Shown here: positions 14,170-24,352 of the stretch, piece by piece
Layout: the number at the start of each line of letters is the position of its first letter
Position numbering within the stretch: position 1 is the first letter of the stretch
DNA from: Octopus sinensis
Lineage: Eukaryota
NCBI RefSeq assembly: GCF_006345805.1
Contig: NC_043009.1
Location: forward strand, 14,756,001-14,820,000
DNA: 64,000 bases
Direction of reading: 5' to 3'
Notes under the pieces: model-generated
The model's database searches: none
Told to the model about the DNA's origin: nothing
Seen by the model: only the letters and a program-made list of their open reading frames with translations
Program-made: the position numbers and the translations under genes

Positions 14170-15197
14170 ATGTTATGTCTAAAGAACTGAAAACCTATCT
14201 AATATGATATAATATTACCATGCTCTTAGTGTTTAAGATCAGGGATCTTTTGGCCACTACCAGGAATGTTCTTTCCTTGAACAAAAGAAAAAATCATTCT
14301 CGATGATCATTCATTCTCAAAAAAGGCGAGTTTGTCCAACAGAATGCCGACAAATCGATCAGTACCATTTTCAATCATGTTTCTGGATCTGAGTCAAAAA
14401 CACTAGAGATAAGTTAGAGAAAAACATCAGCAATAAATTCTATGTTATGATAATCGAACATCTGATGTCTAATAAAACCCGGAAGAACCGGGCGTGTGGC
14501 CCGTCAATCCCTCAAAGGGCTTGCTGAACTGAAGTACCCCGAAGAGCTGCCATGCTCAGGATATTCTCAAATGAGAATTTTGTTCAAGATCAAAAGGTGA
14601 CCAAGAGGATTGACAGATGCATCTGCGATAGACAGACTTAATTTTCAACTGTTACGCACATCAAGAACTCACATTTTTTGAGGTCTCGTGGGTCGTGAAA
14701 AATAAGGGCCTAGTCTTGCCAACTCACTATATCTAGCGAGATCATTGGTTCAATGAAGCAGGCTATATCAAAACAAGGAAATGATTGTCGTCATCTGGTT
14801 TGAGACAATTATTCGAAGGAGTAGGCATATGTTACAGCAATACTCTGCGCTTGCTCACACAGTCTGTGAATTCCAGGAATGCAGGGGTGAAGATCTTCAT
14901 GATTATGTTACCTATAATATTTCGAATGAAAGTTCTCCTTATATAAACCACTCTGGACCACAACGTATTAGTGAAAGGACCACAACTGTGCTACTTGCTA
15001 TCTGTATTGGGCAGGTTATGACCAAAAGGAATAAAGATCACCTTATCAACACATTTAGTCCTTTCAGAGTCCCTCTAGTGGCAGCAATCGAGGTCAATGC
15101 TGGATATATTCTATACAATTTATCCAGTTTTCTCATATATAGTTTTTTTTAGCTTAACTTAAAATATTATTCCCAAATATCCGATACACCCTGTACA
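14170..15197 (+). pseudogene. Highly decayed Tc1/mariner-superfamily (maT/DD37D-like) transposase relic
   Basis: Colinear decayed motifs IFSNE (cf. IFSDE), MLQQYSALAHT (cf. FQQDSAPAHT) and SSPYINHSG (cf. SSPDLNPLD). Ends in the TIR-like CACCCTG+TA at 15189-15197. Confidence 0.55.
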
Positions 15198-15229
15198 TAC
15201 ACACACACATTTATATATATATATATATG

Positions 15230-15284
<55 letters not shown>

Positions 15285-15288
15285 ATAT

Positions 15289-16351
15289 ATAAGTAAGGAA
15301 AATTTTTTTTAATAATGCAGAATGCTCAAATGAAAGAAAATTTTAATAAAATGAGAAATTGATAAAATATATAAATATATATTTATTCAACCGGTTTTCG
15401 TCATTGTATGACTTGTCAAGAATATTTATGTTTTAAGAAGTTTTTTTAAAAATTAGAAAGGGGAAAAAAAGAAAATTGCATTGTTTTTTGTAAAAGAATA
15501 ATGATAAAAATGTACAAAAATTAAAAAATAAGTTCTCCGATACATTGTGAGTTTGTTGTGTATCTTGAGTTTTATGGTTGTTTACGAAAAAATTACCTTG
15601 AGGTGTTAAGATCCAAAGGGATTAAGAGCATGTGTTGTGTTGTGTTGTTAAATTCAGCATGTTTGCTGGACAGGGAGTAGTAGTAATTGTGGTCCTGGTT
15701 CTTCAGTTCCTGTGTTGTGAGTAAGGGGAGACAACTCTTTTGAGTTCTTCAATAAAACCCAAATTATAAAACTATCATTTTAGCTTCATTTGCATTATCT
15801 TTTTTATATAATTGCTTGTTAACTTAACTTTCAGATTTTAACACTTTATTTATATTATTTTCTAATAATATAAATCTGCATAGACAATTGCATTTCAAAT
15901 TGTCATATCATTTATAATAAAAATGATAGTAATAACAACAATAGTAAAAATGATATTTAAAGAATATAAGTTTTAGCTTGAAGTGATGAATGCATGGTAT
16001 CTTTATATATTTGTGTTAGTCCATCCATGAAGAGTGAGGTAGAGAAAGGAAGTTTGATCAACGAGGAGTTTGCATATTAAGTTGTGTTTGGAATTTTTCA
16101 ATAAAGAGATTCTCCTTGTTAATTCTCTCCTGTGTGGTGATCCCGTCTTTACATTGGTAGAAGGGGAATATATAGAATTTGGGGTTTAAGTCTTGAGCAC
16201 ATGAGTCTAAGTGGTCACTCAGTGGAATTTGTCGGTATTCCGGGAGATTTATTTGTTCTTTATGCACCGTTACTCGTTTACGTAACGGGAGACTCGTTTG
16301 TCCAACATAATTATGTTGGCAACCAGCGCATGTGAGAACGTAGATAAGGTT
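15289..16351 (-). repeat. 3' pseudo-LTR (direct repeat of 19908-20969)
   Basis: Near-identical to 19908-20969 at an offset of ~4618 bp. Contains the GIY-YIG C-terminal coding end, 3' UTR and hammerhead motif. Confidence 0.95.
15384..15424 (-). ncRNA. Minimal type I hammerhead ribozyme-like motif (U3/A8 core variant)
   Basis: Sense strand: UAUUC-UUGACAA-GUCA(UACAA)UGAC-GAAA-ACCGGUU-GAAUA. Stem I UAUUC/GAAUA, stem II GUCA/UGAC, palindromic stem III. Located in a pLTR, as expected for PLEs. Confidence 0.7.
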
Positions 16352-18409
16352 CTCGGAGGAACAGAAGTTAGTCTTGATTTTAAACTTCGTACCTTGTTTG
16401 AAGGTAAATTCAGAGCCTTCAAGTAGAAAGGGGCAGGTACCACAGTTTGAGCGTGCACATTTTTTTACTCTTGGGGGTGTATGTGGTGTGTGAAGTTTGG
16501 CATTTGTCAAGAGTTTTTTTAAAGATTTGTGTTGCCTTTTGCATTTGAGGATTTTGTGTGTATTTATAATGTTTTTCTTTTTTGGGTCTGTTGACAGTAG
16601 ACTGAGGTTTTGTATGATTGTGGTGTATGCTTCGATATTTTTGGGGTTGTGGGTGGAAATGTATGGAAGTATTTTGAGGTTGTGTGTGGTGTTAGGTTGG
16701 GTGGTTTTCTGTGTAGTGTTGTCTAGTTCTTTGGCGCGTTTTATTCCATACTCTATAAGGGTGGAGGGATATTGACGTTGTAATAGTGTTTTTTTGAGGT
16801 CTTGAAGGCGTATTTCTCGTGTTTTTGGATCCGAGACAATGGTGCATACCCTTTTAGCTAAATTGAAAGGGATATTTGTCTTGGTGTGTTTTGGGTGGCA
16901 TGAACTAAAGAGGAGGTATTTTTGTGAGTCTGTAGGTTTGTGGTAGATGTCTGTTATGATTTGGTTCTTAGGTGTTTTTATAATTAGGAGATCAAGGAAT
17001 GGGAGATGATGTTTGCTTAATTCCATAGTGAATTGGATGTTGGGATGTATGTTGTTTAGTATGGTTTTGAATTCCAGGAGTTTTTCATAAGGTTCTTTCC
17101 ATATGATGAAGCAATCATCTAAATACCTTTTCCAGTTTTCCATTAGGTAGGTGTGGAAAACATGTCCAAATTTCTGGCTTGATATTTCATAGAGTGACAG
17201 TTCGAAGTAACCCATTATGAGGTTCGCAAGGACTGGTGCAGCCTTGGTACCCATCGCAATGCCACATTTTTGACGGTAGTGTGTGTCGTCGAAGAGAAAA
17301 AAAATGTTTGTCAGAATGAACTTAAGAGATTCTGTAATAAAAGACTTGTTAATGCGGTCAGGGAATGTCTCTGGGTGTTTTTCTAGCCAGAAGTCAATTG
17401 CCTCTATACCATACTCATGTGGAATGTTGGTGTAGAGGTTGTTGACATCAAAGGATACCAGGAGTGCCTCCTCGTTAACTGTTTTCGGGAGGTGTTTGAG
17501 CATGTCCAGATCATCCCTAATGAAACTTTGATGTGGGTAAGGAAAGGTTTCAAAAGGATGTCTAGGAAGTTACTCAGGCGGTGTGTTTCACAGGAGGTAC
17601 CAGCCACGATGGGCCTTAGTTTTAGGTCCTCCGGTGCTTTGATGTTGATGTGGATGTCAGTGGAGAGTTTGCAGGCTTCGGTGATGTATTTGTTTTTATG
17701 GATTTTAGGAAGGCCATAAAAAAGGCTGGGCTTGCATTTGAAAATGGTGATATAAACCCTTTCTTTTTCTGTGAGTCCCTGACCGTGTTGGCGTATGAGT
17801 GTGGTGAGGTTTCTGATTGTTTTTTTTTTTTTTTTTTTTTTGCTGTTTGTAGTTGTTAATAACCTCATAGAAAATGTTATTGTTAAGCATGGAGAACACT
17901 AGGTGTTTATAAAATTCCGTGTCCATAAGGACCACAGCACTCCCTTTGTCCGCTTCTTTGATGGTGAGGTTTTTATCCAGTTGTATGTCACGTAGGTTTT
18001 CCCATTCTTCCTTACTGAAATTGGATTTTACCTTGGTTTTGCTTGGGGTAAAGGGGAGACTCTGGATGTGTTTACAGAAATCGTCCAGTGTTTTATTTCT
18101 CCCTTTTGGTGGTAGGAAGTTGCTTTTATTTCTGATCAATGAATCGTCCCCATTGTTGATATCTGTCAAAGCTTCTGTTAGGCGAAGTTTTCTGCAGAAT
18201 TCAGAAACTTCATCCTTGACCTTGGGTGTTCTTGGTGTGGGAGTGAATTTCAAACCTCTTGCTAGGATGTTGATTTGGGTTGGTGTCAGTGTTTTGCTGG
18301 AGAGGTTTATAATTTTTGTTTTCTTATTTTGGGTCTGTGTTAGCGGTGGTGTTTGTATTTTTCCCCTCTGTCTAAAAAATGGTTGTTGAGGTAAGGGGTG
18401 TATTCTTTG
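16058..18409 (-). pseudogene. PLE ORF2: reverse transcriptase + Zn-linker + GIY-YIG endonuclease, split by two frameshifts
   Basis: IINLSSKTLT..ILARGLKFTPTP, IKEADKG, FYGLPKIHK, LRPIVAG, VSFDVNNLYTNIP, GIAMGT, RYLDD, LPFLD, CARSNCGTC, NLIYVLTC..C...YVGQT. Frameshifts at the poly-T run (~17820-17841) and at ~17525 join ORFs 17705-18253, 17404-17868 and 16058-17503. Confidence 0.95.
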
Positions 18410-19834
18410 TTAAATTTTTGGTTGTATGTGTAGGAGTGTTTTTGGGTGGGGAGGTTGGAGGGGGTAGGTAGTTGTCGTATTTGTGTTGGTATGGGATGCG
18501 ATGGTGTAAAGATTTGTGAGAAATGCGATGGGTTTGTGGGTGTGTGTCTGGTAGATTGTATGGGGGGATGTAGGGGGGTATGTAGTTGTGGTGATTGGGT
18601 TCGTGTGGGATGTGAGGGTTTGGAGATCTGTAGGAGATGTGGTGGTAGGAATGTGCTGTTGGATGGGTGGACTATAGGGGGTTCGTTGGCTGGGTCTTAT
18701 ATGTATCGGTGTGGGTAGGATGCCTTGTTTGTTATTAGTGTGAGGAGGGGAGCCTTGAGGGGGGGATAATTTCTAGTGCATGGGAGGTTCTTGAAGGTTC
18801 TAATCGGTGGGGGAGGGGTGTTAGAGTGATTGGAAAACCAGGTTTTGTGTGGGTCTTGTTTGTTGAGATGTTTCGGGGGGGGAAAAGGTTTTTTATATGG
18901 TGGGGGAGGTTGTGTCCTGTTAGGAGGGGGTTGGAGAGTATGTGTATTTGAGGTGCGGTTTGGAATGGTATTTATAGGGTACAGTGGAAGTCTGTGTTGT
19001 GGGTACTTTTATGAATGGGTTTTTGGATTTATGGTTCAATATGAATTGTGTTTCATAGTTGAGGAAGAAATCTTTGTTGTTTTCCCAGCGTTTAAGGGAG
19101 GTTCGTTCTTCCTTTTCACATTCATCTTTCCATAGTTTAATAACAAGTTCGAGGGGCTGTTCGTTGGTGTGTGAGGTTAGTTCTAGAAGTATCTGATCGT
19201 CTATTTTTGTGTATTTTTGTTCGTGGTTTTGTGCTCTGAGTTTTAGAAGTTCTACTTCGGTTTTCATTTTTTGCAATGTTAGTTTTTCTCTTAGGGAGCG
19301 TTGTTTTTCAGGTTCGTCTGGGATGTGTTTGATTTGGAATTTTCGGGGTAGTATGATAGGGGAGGAGTTTAACCATTTGTCGTAAATTTCAGCTTTGTTT
19401 TGGTTTTTGAGCATGTTCCAGAAGAGAAGTTTTCTGTTGTGTAGTTTCTTAGTCCAAGTAGTGATGAGCTGGTTTTTAATGCGGTGTGCTGGGGTTGAAG
19501 TGTGTTCTTTCTGTGTGTTGAGTGGTGTCTGAGGTCTCTTTGGCGTTGAATTGGTAAGTAGAGTTTTCAGTGTAGTGTTGATTTCATTTAGGTTTACATC
19601 TATCTTATCCGAAAGTAGAGTTTTCAGTGTAGTGTTGATTTCGTTTAGGTTTACATCAATTTTATCCGAAAGTTGTTGATGATGGTTGTTTTCTGAGTTG
19701 TCCCGGGATTGATGGAGAAGTTCGTCAATTTTTTTGGAGAATGTAAGTAGATGTGTATTGAGTACTTTGAGTTCTTTTAGAATGGTCTTATTGGTGACTG
19801 TCTCTGTAAGAGTGCTCTTGTTTTTCGGAGGCAT
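18340..19834 (-). pseudogene. PLE ORF1: N-terminal coiled-coil and C-terminal Pro/Thr/His-rich protein (~497 aa reconstructed)
   Basis: 304-aa ORF 18920-19834 (heptad-like L/K/E-rich). My manual translation shows a second frame open 19008-18700 and 18696-18343, ending ...HFLDRGEKYKHHR*. Needs one frameshift (~18920-19008) and one nonsense change (18697-18699). Confidence 0.7.
19556..19673. repeat. 57-bp in-frame tandem duplication within ORF1
   Basis: Encodes SDKIDVNLNEINTTLKTLL twice. Confidence 0.9.
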
Positions 19835-19907
19835 TCTGAATCACACGTGTGGTAGAGGGTACAGATCAATAAATGGTGGGGTTGTGTTGACCGCACGTGG
19901 AGAAATG

Positions 19908-20969
19908 ATAAGTAAGGAAAAATTTTTTTTAAATGCAGAATGCTCAAATGAAAGAAAATTTTAATAAAATGAGAAATTGATAAAATATATAAATATATAT
20001 TTATTCAACCGGTTTTCGTCATTGTATGACTTGTCAAGAATATTTATGTTTTAAGAAGTTTTTTTAAAAATTAGAAAGGGGAAAAAAAGAAAATTGCATT
20101 GTTTTTTGTAAAAGAATAATGATAAAAATGTACAAAAATTAAAAAAATAAGTTCTCCGATACATTGTGAGTTCGTTGTGTATCTTGAGTTTTATGGTTGT
20201 TTACGAAAAAATTACCTTGAGGTGTTAAGATCCAAAGGGATTAAGAGCATGTGTTGTGTTGTGTTGTTAAATTCAGCATGTTTGCAGGACAGGAAGTAGT
20301 AGTAATTGTGGTCCTGGTTCTTCAGTTCCTGTGTTGTGAGTAAGGGGAGACAACTCTTTTGAGTTCTTCAATAAAACCCAAATTATAAAACTATCATTTT
20401 AGCTTCATTTGCATTATCTTTTTTATATAATTGCTTGTTAACTTAACTTTCAAATTTTAACACTTTATTTATATTATTTTCTAATAATATAAATCTGCAT
20501 AGACAATTGCATTTCAAATTGTCATATCATTTATAATAAAAATGATAGTAATAACAACAATAGTAAAAATATATTTAAAGAATATAAGTTTTAGCTTGAA
20601 GTGATGAATGCATGGTATCTTTATATATTTGTGTTAGTCCATCCATGAAGAGTGAGGTAGAGAAAGGAAGTTTGATCAACGAGGAGTTTGCATATTAAGT
20701 TGTGTTTGGAATTTTTCAATAAAGAGATTCTCCTTGTTAATTCTCTCCTGTGTGGTGATCCCGTCTTTACATTGGTAGAAGGGGAATATATAGAATTTGG
20801 GGTTTAAATCTTGAGCACATGAGTCTAAGTGGTCACTCAGTGGAATTTGTCGGTATTCCGGGAGATTTATTTGTTCTTTATGCATCGTTACTCGTTTACG
20901 TAACGAGAGACTCGTTTGTCCAACATAATTATGTTGGCAACCAGCGCATGTGAGAACGTAGATAAGGTT
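19908..20969 (-). repeat. 5' pseudo-LTR (partial tandem copy of the element's 3' end)
   Basis: Direct repeat of 15289-16351. ORF 20676-20885 duplicates the GIY-YIG C-terminus. Confidence 0.95.
20002..20042 (-). ncRNA. Hammerhead-like motif (U3/A8), copy 2
   Basis: Identical to 15384-15424. Confidence 0.7.
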
Positions 20970-21556
20970 AAAATGTGAAAGTTAAGTTAACAAGCAATTA
21001 TATAAAAAAGATAATGCAAATGAAGCTAAAATGATAGTTTTATAATTTGGGTTTTATTGAAGAACTCAAAAGAGTTGTCTCCCCTTACTCACAACACAGG
21101 AACTGAAGAACCAGGACCACAATTACTACTACTTCCTGTCCTGCAAACATGCTGAAATTAACAACACAACACATCTTAATCCCTTTGGATCTTAACACCT
21201 CAAGGTAATTTTTTCGTAAACAACCATAAAACTCAAGATACACAACGAACTCACAATGTATCGGAGAACTTATTTTTAAATTTTTGTACATTTTTATCAT
21301 TATTCTTTTACAAAAACCAATGCAATTTTCTTTTTTTCCCCTTTCTAATTTTTAAAAAAACTTCTTAAAACATAAATATTCTTGACAAGTCATACAATGA
21401 CGAAAACCGGTTGAATAAATATATATTTATATATTTTATCAATTTCTCATTTTATTAAAAGTTTCTTTCATTTGAGCATTCTGCCTTTAAAAAAATTTTT
21501 TTCGTTACTTATCATTTCTCCACGTGCGGTCAACACAACCCCACCATTTATTGATC

Positions 21557-21557
<1 letters not shown>
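20968..21557 (+). repeat. Inverted pseudo-LTR (reverse complement of 19863-20460)
   Basis: Reverse-complement match with a few small indels; TT microhomology at the 20968-20969 junction. Confidence 0.93.
21377..21417 (+). ncRNA. Hammerhead-like motif (U3/A8), copy 3, opposite strand
   Basis: TATTC TTGACAA GTCA TACAA TGAC GAAA ACCGGTT GAATA read directly on the plus strand. Confidence 0.7.
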
Positions 21558-21625
<68 letters not shown>

Positions 21626-21772
21626 TCATATATATGTGTGTGTGCGTGTATGCATGTATTTTTTTTTCTAGTTTCAGCTCAGAGCTGCGGCAGGGAATAT
21701 ATTCCCAAAACTTACAGGGGAAAATTCAGTTTAACAATTTTAAATCAAATTTCACCATATATAATATACGTA

Positions 21773-22009
21773 TATAATTTAGAGAAAAACCACTATTAAA
21801 CAATTCAGTAAAGAAAGATATTCACACCATATAGAAAACATATACTATAAAAACCTTATTCTAAAAATCAATAAAGTACTGTTTACTATTTATTTTACAT
21901 TATTAATTTAAATTAAGGTGTTTTATAGTATATGTTTTTTATATAGTGTGAATGACATCTTTAATGACTCATTATTGAGTTGTTTAATAGTGGTTTTTCT
22001 CTAAATTAT

Positions 22010-22010
<1 letters not shown>
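21773..22010. repeat. Fold-back element, ~90 bp imperfect inverted arms
   Basis: TATAATTTAGAGAAAAACCACTATTAAACAA... pairs with ...TTGTTTAATAGTGGTTTTTCTCTAAATTATA. Confidence 0.8.
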
Positions 22011-22046
<36 letters not shown>

Positions 22047-22737
22047 ATATATATATATATATTATATATATATATATATATACATGCATATATATATATA
22101 CATACATACATACATACTACATACATACATACATACATACATACATACATACATAATAAATATATATTGAAGCTGCAAATTGTTCACAAAACTGTTACTC
22201 AGAGATTCACGTTAACGTTCGAAAGTGAGTTGTTATCTCCCACAACACAATTGCCCCACGAACGGGAACGGGAATTTCTGAGTAACAGCCTTTTGGAGAG
22301 TTTCAGCTTTCATAAAAGAACATTCCCCTACGTTATGTATTCGAGAATTATCTTTACCCATCATGTTTAGCATTTATGCGCTCACATCTGTATACATATA
22401 TACATATATACGAAGTACGATAAGGGGGTAAAACGTATTTCACACCGGATGTCAGGGTTGGCAGATTGATGATCCCTCACTCTTTGTTGTATGTATATAC
22501 GCACACACATTCGCGCACACACACACATGCGCGCGCACACACACACATGCGCGCGCACACACACATGCATTCGCACACATGCATAAACAAATTAATATAC
22601 ATATTTATACACACATATTTCTATATCTATACACACGTATCTATAAATACATATATAGTTAGATATATTAGTGTTTCGATTATGTGTATCTAAAAGAAAT
22701 GCATTAATGTATACAAATATATACATAAAATGTGTAT

Positions 22738-22858
22738 ATAGCCGCTGGAGTGGCCGCGTGGTAAGAAGCTAGCTTCCCAAGTGTCTTCTACTATAGCCAC
22801 GAATGGACCAAAACCTTGTGAGTGGATTTGGTAGACGAAACTGAAAGAAACCCGTCGT
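22738..22858 (+). mobile_element. Partial, internally deleted copy of the abundant SINE (family of 32115-32561)
   Basis: GGAGTGGCCGCGTGGTAAG...CTTGTGAGTGGATTTGGTAGACG...GAAAGAAACCCGTCG, then (TA)n. Confidence 0.8.
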
Positions 22859-22881
22859 ATATATGTATATGTATGTATATA

Positions 22882-22964
<83 letters not shown>

Positions 22965-23022
22965 ACATTATTGGTGAATTGAAGAAATGGAGCTGAACGC
23001 AGATTGAACAGAAATCGTTTTA

Positions 23023-23110
23023 TTTCATTCTACACGTGTTTCGAAAGGCACAAATACCAAAATCCGATTGAATAATGGGACCATATTGTGTCTTTCTCTT
23101 CAGGAAGAAA
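23023..23110 (-). ncRNA. Type I hammerhead ribozyme (minus-strand copy)
   Basis: Reverse complement of 23265-23353. Confidence 0.8.
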
Positions 23111-23264
23111 AAAGGAAATCCGTTGGAAAAACAAAAACAGAACAGAGGCAGAGCAAAAAACAAATCGAACTGTGCTCCTAAGAGCATGGGCTCTTAGGAG
23201 CACAGTTCGATTTGTTTTTTGCTCTGCCTCTGTTCTGTTTTTGTTTTTCCAACGGATTTCCTTT

Positions 23265-23353
23265 TTTCTTCCTGAAGAGAAAGACACAATATGGTCCCAT
23301 TATTCAATCGGATTTTGGTAATTTGTGCCTTTCGAAACACGTGTAGAATGAAA
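23265..23353 (+). ncRNA. Type I hammerhead ribozyme, canonical core
   Basis: UUUCUUC-CUGAAGA(23272-78), long stem II (GAAAGACACAA.../...UUGUGCCUUUC), GAAA(23334-37), palindromic CACGUG, then UA-GAAUGAAA. Predicted cleavage after GUA at 23345. Confidence 0.82.
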
Positions 23354-23603
23354 TAAAACGATTTCTGTTCAATCTGCGTTCAGCTCCATTTCTTCAATTC
23401 ACCAATAATGTTTTAATTTCAATTATCCGCACCAACGCACGGTTGCAACGCCAGATGGTTGTACCTCCAACCGTGCTGTTCACTGCTGTGATTTTTGCTA
23501 CTAAGGTATCGGTTAAACTTTTGATTAATCTACTACAAGATTATTCATCTTTCTATTTCACATAATATATATATATATAATATATATATATATATATACA
23601 TAC

Positions 23604-23638
<35 letters not shown>

Positions 23639-24159
23639 CATCTGTGTGTGTGTACATTTAATTGCGAATGGGTTTTGTTATACGGTGCCGTGTTTTACAA
23701 TCCAGTATAAATAATGATATTTATATCACCTTAAAGCTTATGCCTATAACCGTGCAATGACTAAGGATAGGAAAGCCTTCCTTTTTCTGGCCAGGGTTTA
23801 TATGCCCCATTATACTTTCGTAATCATTACACGGTGATCACAAAGGCTTTAAGCTTATAAAATACCATATATATATATATTCTATGTATGTATGTATGTA
23901 AGGACAAGCAAGTGAGGCACATCGATATACAAAAAATGTAAATATGTATGCAGATATAAAAGTCCAATTTACACAGAGTTTAAATATTAGGTTTCTTTTA
24001 ATATGTACATTTTTTATTGAATGTATTTAGTATGTTTTTTTTTTATCGTCTTGCCTAACTTGCTTGTCCTTACATTTATAGTTACCTCTCTACATTTTGT
24101 AGTTCAAATCTGTTGAACACTATCAAATGTATTCTATATAGAGAATATATATCTCTAGT

Positions 24160-24352
<193 letters not shown>

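Larger units (their letters stand above)
15289..21557 (-). mobile_element. Penelope-like retroelement (Neptune-like), near full length, with direct and inverted pseudo-LTRs, inserted in (TA)n
   Basis: RT plus C-terminal GIY-YIG coding region; ~1.06 kb near-identical direct repeats; ~590 bp inverted copy; TA tracts on both flanks. Confidence 0.95.
22964..23560. mobile_element. Non-autonomous PLE-derived element: 222/223-bp near-perfect palindrome (22964-23412) plus ~150 bp unique extension, in (TA)n
   Basis: Arms 22964-23185 and 23190-23412 with a 4-nt loop ATGG and one 1-bp indel. Each arm holds a hammerhead. TA tracts on both sides. Confidence 0.8.

Noticed and set aside
16497-19135. Plus-strand ORFs rich in G/V/C/F opposite the PLE
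   Set aside because: Antisense shadows of an A/C-rich sense strand; no recognisable motifs.
23030-23321. Twin ORFs MSFSSGRKKEIRWK... on both strands
   Set aside because: A by-product of the palindrome, with non-ATG starts.
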